Positions 42,562 through 52,211 of a stretch of 64,000 nt of DNA are shown here, piece after piece. Location: the NCBI GenBank assembly GCA_963844495.1, contig CAWJOT010000001.1:29767-93766 (forward strand). The letters run 5' to 3'. Position 1 is the first letter of the stretch. Each line of letters opens with the position of its first letter. The notes under the pieces were generated by a model. The model did no database searches. It was not told where the DNA came from and worked only from the letters and a program-made list of their open reading frames with translations. The position numbers and the translations under genes are program-made. The DNA comes from an uncultured Pseudomonadota bacterium (GTDB lineage: Bacteria; Pseudomonadota; Gammaproteobacteria; Burkholderiales; Burkholderiaceae_C).

Positions 42562-43794
42562 TTAAGTCAGCAAACTGGCGTACACCAGGTCGCGAAACAA
42601 CAGGCGGTAGTATTCGCGCTGGTTTGGCGCCTGCAGCATCAGAATGGCAAAAAGGTCTTCCGCCGGGTCGACGAAAAACGTTGTCCCGGCCATGCCACCC
42701 CAGTAGTAGGACCCGATTGAGCCCGGCGTCGTAGCCACGCCCGGGGTCTTCCGTACGGCAAAGCCCAAGCCAAAACCGTAACCCTTGGGCAGGAGGTCGC
42801 GCGACATGCCCCTGTTGACAGGCAGTTCCCCCAAATGATCCGCCGTCATGAAGGCGACCGTGCGCGGCCCCAGCAGTCGAACGCCGTCGAGTTCGCCTTG
42901 GTGGAGCATGAACTGCAAAAAGCGGGCGTAATCCGTTGCCGTCGAGACCAGGCCGCCACCGCCGGACTCCATCACGACTTCCTCGCGCACATCGATCACC
43001 TGCATCTGAAGGCCACCCTCGGGGTCATCTGCAAATGGCTCCGCGATCCGGCCATGATCCAAAGCCGGCACTGAAAACCCGGTGTCAATCATGCCCAGCG
43101 GCTCGAAGAGTTCAGCCTTGAGAAACACGCCAAGCGACTGGCCGCTGACCACTTCCACCAGGCGCCCTAGTACGTCCGTCGCGCGGCTGTATTCCCAGGC
43201 AGTTCCTGGCTCAACAAGCAGCGGCAACGCCGCGAGCGCCATGGAAAATTCCGCATTGTTGTGCTTGCGCGAGCCAATACGGGCCTGGGCATATTGCCGC
43301 TGCACGGGCGCGGCACCCATGAATTCATAGGTCATGCCTGCGGTATGCCGCAATAGATCCTGAACGGTGGCCGCCTGATTCGCGGCGCGCAGTTTCGTTG
43401 ATCCATCAACGACCTCTGCAACTTTTTGCTCTGAATATTCCGCCAGGTGCTTCGACACCGGGTCTGACAACAGCAGTTTGCCCCGTTCCATCAACAGCAT
43501 GACCGCCACCGACACGATTGGTTTGGTCATGGAGTAAATACGAAAAATCGCGTCGCGCGGCATTGGTGTGCCCAGCGCTGGATCGAGTGCCCCCACGGCC
43601 TCGAACAACGCGAGCCTGCCGTGACGCGCGATCAGGGCGGTCGCTCCGGGCAGGCGTTTGCGCTGCACCTCGGACTGCAGCACTGACATCAGCCGCTCAA
43701 TGCGCTGCGGACAAAAGCCCAAGTCTTGCGGCAATGCGAACGATAGCGTCGAACCATCACGTCGCAGCGGGCCGGCTGGGGAACGGGTTGCCAT
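42562..43794 (-). CDS. serine hydrolase, beta-lactamase (EstB-like) family
   Basis: FRIYSMTKP (SxxK), LLRHTAG, WEYS, WGGMAGT. Confidence 0.9.
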   Translation of the reverse strand: MATRSPAGPLRRDGSTLSFALPQDLGFCPQRIERLMSVLQSEVQRKRLPGATALIARHGRLALFEAVGALDPALGTPMPRDAIFRIYSMTKPIVSVAVMLLMERGKLLLSDPVSKHLAEYSEQKVAEVVDGSTKLRAANQAATVQDLLRHTAGMTYEFMGAAPVQRQYAQARIGSRKHNNAEFSMALAALPLLVEPGTAWEYSRATDVLGRLVEVVSGQSLGVFLKAELFEPLGMIDTGFSVPALDHGRIAEPFADDPEGGLQMQVIDVREEVVMESGGGGLVSTATDYARFLQFMLHQGELDGVRLLGPRTVAFMTADHLGELPVNRGMSRDLLPKGYGFGLGFAVRKTPGVATTPGSIGSYYWGGMAGTTFFVDPAEDLFAILMLQAPNQREYYRLLFRDLVYASLLT

Positions 43795-43796
43795 GC

Positions 43797-44834
43797 TCAG
43801 CCGCCGTTGTCCGTCGCACCATAACGCTCACGCGCCAGTGCCGCCCCAGCCGCCAAGGCCTGCAACTTCTTCATGGCAACATCTCGACTCAGGGGCGCCA
43901 AGCCGCAATTGGTACATGGAAACAACCGCTGCCTCGGCACGTACTGCAATGCCTGGCCGATGGTGTCGGCAACTTGCTCGGGCGTTTCGATCTCGTCACT
44001 GGCGACGTCAATGACGCCAACCATGACGTCTTTGCCTTTGAGCAGCGCCATCAAGTGCGGCGGGACGTGCGAGTGGTAGCACTCCAGACTGACCTGCTTG
44101 ATGCTGCTTCTGGCCAGCGCCGGAAAGATCGCTTCGTACTGTCTCCACTCGGCGCCCAGGCTCTGCTTCCAATCCAGGTTCGCCTGGATACCGTACCCGT
44201 AGCATATATGCACCGCCGTTGTGCAGGTCAATCCCCGCACCGCACGTTCAAGGGCGGCCACGCCCCAATCGGCGGCGTCTTGCAGGTAAACATTGAACGC
44301 CGGCTCGTCAAACTGAATAATGTCCACGCCGTCGTCTTGCAAGTCCAGGGCCTCGCGGTTGAGCAACTCGGCAAAAGCCATCGCCATGTCGATCTTGCTA
44401 CCGTAGAAACGGTCGGCCACCGTGTCGACAATGGTCAGCGGCCCCGGCAAGGTGAATTTGAGCTTTTTCTTCGTGTGCGCACGCGCCAGTTGAGCCTCAA
44501 AAGCATGGACGCGCCCCTTGAGCCGGAGCGCGGCGACGACTTGCGGAACTTCAGCATCGTAGCGGCCATTGCGGATGCCCATCGTGACCTTGTTGGCAAA
44601 GTCGATACCCTCGATCTGCTCAAGAAAACCATGGACGAAGTGCTGGCGCGACTGTTCGCCGTCGCCCACAATGTCCAGTCCGGCATCCTCCTGGGCCTTG
44701 ATCCAAAGCAACGTTGCGTCTGCCTTGGCCTGCTGCAGTTCGCTGCCCTGCAACCTCCACTGTGGCCAGAGCTTCTCGGTCTCGGACAGCCAGCCCGGCT
44801 TGGGCAGACTACCTGCAATTGCTGTTTGAAACAC
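43797..44834 (-). CDS. single-barrel (core) cobalamin-independent methionine synthase, MesD-like
   Basis: GTG start after GGAG; AGSLPKP, DGEQSRQHF, IQFDEPAF, HICYGYG (Zn HxC), TNCG. Confidence 0.85.
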   Translation of the reverse strand: MFQTAIAGSLPKPGWLSETEKLWPQWRLQGSELQQAKADATLLWIKAQEDAGLDIVGDGEQSRQHFVHGFLEQIEGIDFANKVTMGIRNGRYDAEVPQVVAALRLKGRVHAFEAQLARAHTKKKLKFTLPGPLTIVDTVADRFYGSKIDMAMAFAELLNREALDLQDDGVDIIQFDEPAFNVYLQDAADWGVAALERAVRGLTCTTAVHICYGYGIQANLDWKQSLGAEWRQYEAIFPALARSSIKQVSLECYHSHVPPHLMALLKGKDVMVGVIDVASDEIETPEQVADTIGQALQYVPRQRLFPCTNCGLAPLSRDVAMKKLQALAAGAALARERYGATDNGG

Positions 44835-44894
44835 TTTGATCTCCAATAAATAAGCGGCAATGTAATGCACACAACCGCCGGGCTGCCGACCAGG

Positions 44895-46628
44895 TTACCG
44901 GTCCTCGGCTTCCTGCAGTGAACGCCACATGACCTTGCCGGCGCCGCTCTTGGGCAAGGCATCGACAAATTGAACAACGCGCGGTGCCTTGTAGACCGCC
45001 ATATTGTCGCGGCACCAGTCCACGATTTCCTGTTCGCTTATCGTGCCACGGTGTGAGGGGCGCAGAACGATGACGGCCTTGACCGACTCGCCACGGTAAC
45101 CGTCCTTGGTGGCAATGACACACGCCTCCTGGACTGCAGGATGGCGAAACATCAAGGCTTCGACCTCCGCGGGCCAGACCTTGAAACCCGAGGCGTTGAT
45201 CATGCGCTTGAGGCGATCGGTCAGAAAGAAATAGCCATCGTTGTCCACATGCCCGAGGTCGCCCGAGCGGAAAAATCGTTTCCCGTCGAGTTCGATAAAG
45301 GCCGCAGCGGTGGCCTGCGGCTGCTTCCAGTACCCTTGAAAGACTTCCGGGCCGTGTATTACGATCTCACCTTGCTCGCCCGCAGGCAACTCGCGCAGGG
45401 TATCAGGATCAATCACGCGGGCGTCGGTGCCCATGAACGGGATGCCCAGACATTGCTGCTTTGGAGCGTCCGGCGGATTGCTGTGCGACGGGGCGGCGGT
45501 CTCGGTCAAGCCGTAACCCTCCACGTACCGCAGCCCATACTGCTCGTACAGCCGCTGAGCCACTGCCTGCGGCATCGCCGCTCCGCCGCCACCGATATAC
45601 ACCAGACTCGATAGATCGAAACTCTCAAAATTGGGACTGCCCAGCAAGTCGATGACCATCGTCGGGATGTTGGTCCAGTGTGTGACGCGCCAGCGCGAGA
45701 TTAGTCGCCCGGCAAGTTCGCGGTCCCAGCGCGGCATCACGACCAGCGTCGCACCGCCTCGAATGCCGGTGTGCATCAGGCTTACCATCCCGGTAATGTG
45801 AAACATCGGCACCACTGTGAGGACAACATTCTCCGGCGAACCGTTGCCCCACAGGCCACTGGCCACGGCGTTGTGCATGATGCTCGCGTGCGTATGCATG
45901 CAACCCTTTGGCAGACCGGTGGTACCGCTGGTGTAGGGCAAAGTGGCGAGATCTTCAGGCCCGACCAGCAACTCGGGCACGACCGCCGTGTTCTGTAGCG
46001 CGTCGTTCCAGGCCAGCACCTGACCTCCCGCCAACTCCGGCGGCTCGCGCCGTGCGAGCAGCCAGTCGGTCCACGCGGGGGCAGGCGCGTCGTCGCCAGC
46101 AATGGAAGCGTCAAAGGAATCCGTGAAATGCGTCACCAGCAGGTGTTTGAGCCTTTGAACGCTGTCCAATGCATTGCTCGCGTGCGCGAGTTCAGGCGCC
46201 AGATCGGCGGTGGTGATTGCCACGGCGGCGTCCGGGTCAATGATGTAGTGCTTGAGTTCTTCGGCACGGTTCATGGGGTTCACTGGAACGACAACCGCGT
46301 TGGCCCGAAGGATCGCAAAATGGGCAATCACGAGTTGCGGACAGTTCTGCATGCACAGCACGACCCTGTCACCTTTCTTCACCCCCAACGCGTGCAAACA
46401 GGCTGCCAGCCGCTCTGCTTTTTGTAGCAACTGAGCGTATCCAAGAACCTGCCCGAAGAACACCAGCGCCGCCTTGTTGGGGTAGCGCCGGGCGCTGGTC
46501 TCCAGGTTGTCCCACAACGAGGTGGCTGGCGCAGTGATGGCGTGCGCCAAGCGTTTGGGCCAGAAACGGTAGTGCGCGGGCAACACGCGTTTGCCGGCCG
46601 AGACTTCAATACCTGTGGGCTCGATCAT
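44895..46628 (-). CDS. long-chain fatty acid--CoA ligase
   Basis: YTSGTTGLPKG, EGYGLTE, RSGDLG, DRLKRMI, PKSGAGK. Confidence 0.93.
   Translation of the reverse strand: MIEPTGIEVSAGKRVLPAHYRFWPKRLAHAITAPATSLWDNLETSARRYPNKAALVFFGQVLGYAQLLQKAERLAACLHALGVKKGDRVVLCMQNCPQLVIAHFAILRANAVVVPVNPMNRAEELKHYIIDPDAAVAITTADLAPELAHASNALDSVQRLKHLLVTHFTDSFDASIAGDDAPAPAWTDWLLARREPPELAGGQVLAWNDALQNTAVVPELLVGPEDLATLPYTSGTTGLPKGCMHTHASIMHNAVASGLWGNGSPENVVLTVVPMFHITGMVSLMHTGIRGGATLVVMPRWDRELAGRLISRWRVTHWTNIPTMVIDLLGSPNFESFDLSSLVYIGGGGAAMPQAVAQRLYEQYGLRYVEGYGLTETAAPSHSNPPDAPKQQCLGIPFMGTDARVIDPDTLRELPAGEQGEIVIHGPEVFQGYWKQPQATAAAFIELDGKRFFRSGDLGHVDNDGYFFLTDRLKRMINASGFKVWPAEVEALMFRHPAVQEACVIATKDGYRGESVKAVIVLRPSHRGTISEQEIVDWCRDNMAVYKAPRVVQFVDALPKSGAGKVMWRSLQEAEDR
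46366..46429 (-). repeat. probable degenerate copy 8 of the 64-bp motif, inside the acyl-CoA ligase (sense)
   Basis: TGCTACAAAAAGCAGAGC GGCTGG CAGCCTGTTTGCACGCG TTGGG GGTG AAGAAAGGTGACAG; good palindrome, weak distal half. Confidence 0.5.
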
Positions 46629-46806
46629 TGGAAGATTCTTTCAAGATTGCGGTTGCACCGCCGCTCGATCGTTGACGCGAAGCAGAAGGATACGAGAACA
46701 CGCCCGGGTCTGCCCGTGGGCGTGTCGCAGCCGGGACGCGTGGCATGCTGGCGCGGTGCCACTCGCTCGTTCAAAGGGAGTGTCTGATGGAAGATCCTCA
46801 TGGATT

Positions 46807-46822
46807 TGGCATGTATTTTGCT
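46807..46822 (+). promoter_or_regulatory. sigma54 promoter upstream of aapJ
   Basis: TGGCATGTATTTTGCT = TGGCA-N6-TTGC, GG-N10-GC. Confidence 0.75.
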
Positions 46823-46991
46823 TGTATTATTTTCCTGACGTAATACGCAAAATTGTCAGCATAAACCCTCGGGTTGCAGCGTAAACCCCGATGACCCGAT
46901 GCGCGCGACCTGTTAAATTCACCGTTTTCGATGACCGTCGGGGTAGCAGTCAGTGTGCGGTCTTGTCTCAATTTTTTTTGGAGTAACAACT

Positions 46992-48026
46992 ATGCATTTG
47001 AATAAGCTGACGATCTTGACGGCCATGGTGGCGGCGATGGGCACCCTGATGATGGCCCCTGCGCATGCGGGCAAGACACTGGACGCGATCAAAGCCCGGG
47101 GGCAGGTCGTTTGTGGGGTGAACACCGGTCTGGCCGGTTTCAGCGCTGCCGACTCTTCAGGCAAGTGGACCGGGCTCGACTCCGACGTATGCCGCGCAAT
47201 TGCTGCCGCGACCCTTGGCGACGCAGAAAAGGTGAAGTATGTGCCATTGAGTGCACAGGCGCGCTTCACCGCGCTTCAGTCCGGCGAGATTGACCTCCTG
47301 TCACGCAACACGACGTTCACCCTGACTCGTGACGCATCCCTGGGCCTGCACGACACCGTCGTGACGTACTATGACGGCCAGGGCTTCATGGTTCCGGTCA
47401 AGAGCAAGATCAAGAGCGCCAAGCAACTCAAGGGGCAAACCGTTTGCGTACAGTCTGGCACAACCACCGAGAAGAACCTCAATGACTACGCCAAGGCCAA
47501 CGCACTGAACATCAAGACGGTTGTGTTTGAAAAGGTTGAAGCAGCCACTGGGGCCTATTTCGCCGGTCGCTGCATCGCCTACACCACCGACGCTTCTGGT
47601 TTGGCCTCGGTACGAAACAAGGAAGCCCGGGACCCCAAAGAGCATTTGATCCTGCCCGAACTGATTTCGAAGGAACCCCTGGGCCCGATGGTCCGCCGTG
47701 GTGATGACGAATGGTTTGCCATCGTCAAATGGGTGATCTATGGTTTGCTTGAGGCGGAGGAGTACGGTGTCACACAGGCCAACGTTGATGCCATGAAGGC
47801 CACCAGCACGGACCCGGTGGTGCAACGTATTCTAGGCACCACGGAAGATACCGGGAAGCTGCTTGGCCTGGACAAGGAATGGATGGCACGCGCCATCAAG
47901 GCCACCGGCAACTATGGCGAAATCTTCGAGCGCAATGTGGGGCCGAAATCCGCTCTGGGCCTGCCACGCGGCGTCAACAGCCTGTGGAACCAGGGCGGCT
48001 TGATGTATGCGTACCCCATTCGCTAA
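46992..48026 (+). CDS. aapJ: general L-amino acid ABC substrate-binding protein
   Basis: CGVNTGLAGF, RFTALQSGEIDLLSRNTT, ISKEPLGP, GNYGEIFERN. Confidence 0.92.
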   Translation: MHLNKLTILTAMVAAMGTLMMAPAHAGKTLDAIKARGQVVCGVNTGLAGFSAADSSGKWTGLDSDVCRAIAAATLGDAEKVKYVPLSAQARFTALQSGEIDLLSRNTTFTLTRDASLGLHDTVVTYYDGQGFMVPVKSKIKSAKQLKGQTVCVQSGTTTEKNLNDYAKANALNIKTVVFEKVEAATGAYFAGRCIAYTTDASGLASVRNKEARDPKEHLILPELISKEPLGPMVRRGDDEWFAIVKWVIYGLLEAEEYGVTQANVDAMKATSTDPVVQRILGTTEDTGKLLGLDKEWMARAIKATGNYGEIFERNVGPKSALGLPRGVNSLWNQGGLMYAYPIR

Positions 48027-48048
48027 CTTTCGCTGATTGACACCCGAA

Positions 48049-48084
48049 GCCGTCTGCGAGGGACCTCCCTGCAGACGGCGTTTT
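48049..48084 (+). terminator. intercistronic hairpin/attenuating terminator between aapJ and aapQ
   Basis: GCCGTCTGC...GCAGACGGC followed by GTTTT. Confidence 0.6.
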
Positions 48085-48111
48085 CGTGTCTCCGACCGAG
48101 TACCCAGTTCA

Positions 48112-49287
48112 ATGCCGCCACTGTCTGCTCCGAAAAAGAAGAACTGGTCCTGGCGCAGCCGCGCCTTCAGAGGGCTGATCTATCAGGTCATTGCCGTTGG
48201 CGCCATCGGCCTGGTGGTCTGGTTCCTGGCGCACAACACACTGACCAACATGAAGGTCAGGGGCATTCAAAGCGGTTTCGATTTTCTGACTCAGACCGCG
48301 GGGTTTTCCATTGGCGAGAGCCTGTACCCTTTTGATTCAAGTGAGAACTACCTTGCCGCCTTTCTGATTGGGATCAGCAACACCTTGCGGGTGGCCATTC
48401 TGGGCATCATCCTGACGACCATCATCGGCACGCTCATCGGGGTTGGTCGCTTTTCACGCAATGCACTGGTTCGAGGACTTTGCCGGGTTTACGTCGAATT
48501 CTTCCGCAACGTGCCGATCCTGCTGCAATTGCTTATGTGGTATCTGCTGCTCACGGACGTGCTGCCTGGGGCCATGGAGGCCTGGCAGGTTGGGCCGTTT
48601 TTCCTGAGCAAGAATGGTCTGAAATTTCCGGTTCCTGTTTGGTCTGCGGGTCAGGCATGGGCGGGTGTCGGGTTGGTTGTCGGCATCGGCGTGGCCTGGC
48701 TATACCGTCGGCGCGCCCGCCACCAGTTTGAGGAGACAGGCATCCCGCGCAGCATGTTTTGGGTTCCCGTGGTCATTGCCATCGTGTGCAGCCTGGTTGG
48801 ATGGGCACTTGGCGGCGCGCCAACCATGATGAATTTCCCGGTGCGCGGAGACTTCTCCATCGAAAACGGTGGCTCGCTGACACCGGAATTCCTGGCGGTG
48901 CTGCTCGGGCTGACCGTTTACACGGCGTCCTACGTTGCCGAAGTTGTGCGCGCAGGCATTCAGTCCGTGGCTGCGGGACAGGCGGAGGCTGCCGCAGCGC
49001 TGGGTTTGACCCGTGGTCATACGATGCGCCTGATCATGCTGCCGCAGGCCTTGCGCGTGATCATTCCACCGATGACCAACCAGTTCCTGAACCTCACAAA
49101 GAACTCGTCCTTGGCGGTGGCCATCGGTTACCCCGACGTCGTTTCAATCGCCAATACGGCGCTGAACCAGACGGGTCGTGCCGTGGAGTGCATTTCCCTG
49201 GTGATGCTGGTGTACCTGAGCACGTCACTGGCCACGTCGCTGCTGATGGGTTGGTACAACGCGCGTTCCGCCATCAAAGAGCGCTAG
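48112..49287 (+). CDS. aapQ: general L-amino acid ABC permease
   Basis: GFDFL, YVEFFRNVP, AEVVRAGIQSV, KNSSLAVAIGY. Confidence 0.9.
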   Translation: MPPLSAPKKKNWSWRSRAFRGLIYQVIAVGAIGLVVWFLAHNTLTNMKVRGIQSGFDFLTQTAGFSIGESLYPFDSSENYLAAFLIGISNTLRVAILGIILTTIIGTLIGVGRFSRNALVRGLCRVYVEFFRNVPILLQLLMWYLLLTDVLPGAMEAWQVGPFFLSKNGLKFPVPVWSAGQAWAGVGLVVGIGVAWLYRRRARHQFEETGIPRSMFWVPVVIAIVCSLVGWALGGAPTMMNFPVRGDFSIENGGSLTPEFLAVLLGLTVYTASYVAEVVRAGIQSVAAGQAEAAAALGLTRGHTMRLIMLPQALRVIIPPMTNQFLNLTKNSSLAVAIGYPDVVSIANTALNQTGRAVECISLVMLVYLSTSLATSLLMGWYNARSAIKER

Positions 49288-49303
49288 GGCACGCGCTGCG
49301 AAC

Positions 49304-50407
49304 ATGACTGCATACACGTTTCATCCGATCGCCCCGCGCCCGGCGCCGGTACGCACCGAAGGTCCGGTGGCGTGGGTTCGAACCAACTTGTTTGGCAACT
49401 CGATGACCTCGCTGTCGACGATCATCATTGGTGGCCTGCTCCTTTGGTATTTGCCGCAATTTCTTCATTGGGCTCTGTTCAGCGCCGTCTGGCAACCGGT
49501 GTCCGAAGCGTGTCGGGCCAAAGGGGCCGGCGCCTGTTGGGGCGTAATCGCGGAGAAGTATCGCCTGATCCTGTTTGGTCGTTATCCGTTCGACGAACAA
49601 TGGCGCCCGCTGGTTGCAACGGCCTTGTTGATGACGCTCATTGTGGCCAGTTGCATGCGCATGTTCTGGAAGTCATGGCTGGTCATTCTTTGGCTGGCGG
49701 TTCTTTCAGTGTTTTTCGCCTTGATGTATGGCAATGTCCTCGGACTCTCCAAGATTGAGACTGATAGTTGGGGCGGATTGCCCCTGACCATCTTGCTGGC
49801 GACGCTGGCCATGGTCATGGCTTTTCCGCTGGCTCTTTTGGTGGCCCTTGGCAGACGATCAAATTTGCCGGCCATTCGCAGTTTTTGCACCATCTATGTG
49901 GAACTTGTGCGCGGCGTGCCACTGATTTCGGTCCTGTTCATGGCGTCGTTCATGTTCCCGCTGTTCATGCCGGTTGGTTTTTCGATTGACGTGCTGATCC
50001 GCGTGCTGGTCGGTATCACGCTGTTTGCCGCCGCCTACATGGCCGAGGTGATTCGCGGCGGCCTGCAGGCGGTGCCCAAAGGCCAGGTCGAAGCGGCTGC
50101 AACGCTTGGGTTGTCGTACTGGCAAACGCAACGCAAGATCGTGCTGCCGCAAGCGTTGGGAATGGTCGTTCCCGGCATCATGAACAATTTCATTTCCATG
50201 TTCATGGACACTTCGCTGGTGACCATAGTCAGCCTGTACGAGTTGCTCGGCGCACTCGGCCTGGCTCTGAACTCTGACGCCAACTGGCGACCGTTCAAGA
50301 TCGAAGGCTACCTGTTCATCGCATTGATCTACTTTGGCTTCTGTTTTTCGATGTCACTTTATAGCCGCTGGATCGAGAAGCAGGCCAACAAGGGCAACGC
50401 CCGCTGA
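49304..50407 (+). CDS. aapM: general L-amino acid ABC permease
   Basis: [32 protein letters not shown]. Confidence 0.9.
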   Translation: MTAYTFHPIAPRPAPVRTEGPVAWVRTNLFGNSMTSLSTIIIGGLLLWYLPQFLHWALFSAVWQPVSEACRAKGAGACWGVIAEKYRLILFGRYPFDEQWRPLVATALLMTLIVASCMRMFWKSWLVILWLAVLSVFFALMYGNVLGLSKIETDSWGGLPLTILLATLAMVMAFPLALLVALGRRSNLPAIRSFCTIYVELVRGVPLISVLFMASFMFPLFMPVGFSIDVLIRVLVGITLFAAAYMAEVIRGGLQAVPKGQVEAAATLGLSYWQTQRKIVLPQALGMVVPGIMNNFISMFMDTSLVTIVSLYELLGALGLALNSDANWRPFKIEGYLFIALIYFGFCFSMSLYSRWIEKQANKGNAR

Positions 50408-50430
50408 TTCATCAAACAACGAAAAATACC

Positions 50431-51174
50431 ATGTCTGAGCCCATCATCACCTTCGACAAAGTCAACAAATGGTACGGGAACAATTTCCATGTGCTGCGCG
50501 ATATCGACCTTGTGGTGGGCAAAGGCGAGCGCATCGTTGTCTGCGGCCCGTCGGGCTCGGGCAAATCGACCCTGATCCGCTGCATAAACCGGCTCGAGGA
50601 GCACCAGCAGGGTCGCCTTATCGTCGACGGTGTCGAACTCAGCGACGATGTCAAGGCGATCGACCAAGTCCGCAAGGAAGTCGGCATGGTATTCCAGCAG
50701 TTCAACCTGTTTCCGCACCTGAGCGTGCTGGAAAACTTGACGCTTTCGCCGATGTGGGTTGGAAAGATGCCGAAGCGCGAAGCCGAAGAGAAGGCCCTGG
50801 CTCAACTCGAGCGCGTGCGCATCGCCGAACAGGCAAACAAATACCCGCTGCAACTCTCCGGTGGCCAGCAACAGCGAGTTGCCATCGCCCGTGCCCTGTG
50901 CCTTCGACCGAAGATCATGCTCTTTGACGAACCTACCAGCGCACTCGACCCGGAAATGATCAAGGAAGTGCTTGACGTCATGATCGAGATGGCCAACGAA
51001 GGCATCACGATGATCTGCGTCACGCACGAAATGGGCTTTGCCAAGGCAGTGGCCGATCGCGTGATCTTCATGGACGAGGGTCAAATCGTCGAGCAAAATA
51101 ATCCGAACGATTTCTTCAACAATCCGCAAAACGAGCGTAGCAAGGATTTCTTGTCCAAAATCCTTGGCCATTGA
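50431..51174 (+). CDS. aapP: general L-amino acid ABC ATP-binding protein
   Basis: [34 protein letters not shown]. Confidence 0.93.
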   Translation: MSEPIITFDKVNKWYGNNFHVLRDIDLVVGKGERIVVCGPSGSGKSTLIRCINRLEEHQQGRLIVDGVELSDDVKAIDQVRKEVGMVFQQFNLFPHLSVLENLTLSPMWVGKMPKREAEEKALAQLERVRIAEQANKYPLQLSGGQQQRVAIARALCLRPKIMLFDEPTSALDPEMIKEVLDVMIEMANEGITMICVTHEMGFAKAVADRVIFMDEGQIVEQNNPNDFFNNPQNERSKDFLSKILGH

Positions 51175-51194
51175 ATAGCGCCAACACCTGAGCC

Positions 51195-52211
51195 ATGCCT
51201 GATCGCCAGCTTCAACCGGGGGCAATCACCGACGTCCTCGGGCTGGAAGTCGGTCACTTTACAGACACACGACGCCCGACCGGCTGCACCGTCATCATCG
51301 CGCGCTCAGGCGCGGTTGCGGGCGTGGACGTACGCGGTGGTGCACCAGGCACCCGTGAAACGGACCTGTTGCAACCGAGCAATCTGGTAGAGCAGGTGCA
51401 CGCCGTGCTGTTGGCAGGGGGAAGTGCCTGGGGCTTGGATGCCGCCGCTGGCGTGATGCAGTGGCTTGAAGAAAACAGCATCGGTTTGCAAGTCGGTTTC
51501 GGGTTGGTGCCGATCGTTCCTGCCGCCGTACTGTTTGATCTTCCGGTGGGCGACGCCAAAATCCGTCCCGACGCGAACTCAGGCTACCGGGCATGCGTCA
51601 ATGCCTCCAGGGTCGCGCCTGCGCAAGGCAGCGTCGGAGCTGGGGCCGGCGCATTGGTCGGCAAGATCTTTGGACTGGACCGCGCCATGCGCGGCGGAGT
51701 GGGCACCGCGTCGATTACGGTCGACGGAATCACTGTGGGGGCCCTCGTCGCATGCAATGCCGTCGGCGATGTCATCGACCCCACGAGCGGACGGGTGGTG
51801 GCCGGCGCCCGCACCCCCGATGGCAAATCACTCTTGAACAGCCGTGACGCCATTGTCTCAGGCCTTGCCCCACAATCCTTGCTCGCCGGCACCAACACGA
51901 CGATTGGGCTGGTCGCCACCGACGCGATCCTGACCAAAGCGCAGGCACATCGTCTGGCACAGGTTTCCCACGACGGGTTGGCCCGTGCCATCAACCCGGT
52001 GCACACCCTGCTCGATGGCGATACGATGTTTGCGTTGGGTACCGGTAAGGCGGGCAAGACCGCGAGTATGTTGATGTTATGCACACTCGCGGCCGAGGTC
52101 ACGGCCCGCGCGATTGTTCGCGGCGCAATGGCCGCCAGGGCCTTCACCGGTTCGGGTATGCGCTGGCCCGCCGCCACCGATATGATAGGTCCGGCTATTT
52201 CAGGGCCTTGA
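51195..52211 (+). CDS. P1/S58 (DmpA-like) peptidase
   Basis: GVDVRGGAPGTRET, GGSAWGL, GSVGAGAG, NTTIG, DGDTMFAL. Confidence 0.88.
   Translation: MPDRQLQPGAITDVLGLEVGHFTDTRRPTGCTVIIARSGAVAGVDVRGGAPGTRETDLLQPSNLVEQVHAVLLAGGSAWGLDAAAGVMQWLEENSIGLQVGFGLVPIVPAAVLFDLPVGDAKIRPDANSGYRACVNASRVAPAQGSVGAGAGALVGKIFGLDRAMRGGVGTASITVDGITVGALVACNAVGDVIDPTSGRVVAGARTPDGKSLLNSRDAIVSGLAPQSLLAGTNTTIGLVATDAILTKAQAHRLAQVSHDGLARAINPVHTLLDGDTMFALGTGKAGKTASMLMLCTLAAEVTARAIVRGAMAARAFTGSGMRWPAATDMIGPAISGP

Noticed and set aside
42562-43794. Antibiotic-resistance beta-lactamase
   Set aside because: No signal peptide, and the motifs fit cytoplasmic esterase-like serine hydrolases.
44187-44203. GATAC-N7-GTAGC as another motif copy
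   Set aside because: GC-rich centre, no distal match, and explained by the CYGYGI protein motif.
44838-44895. TCTCCAATAAATAAGC-GGCAA-TGTAAT as a degenerate motif copy
   Set aside because: Needs gaps and lacks the distal A/T tract; cannot be supported without a PWM.
52195-52211. Convergent 17-bp overlap of the peptidase and ettA
   Set aside because: Short 3' overlaps of convergent genes are common.
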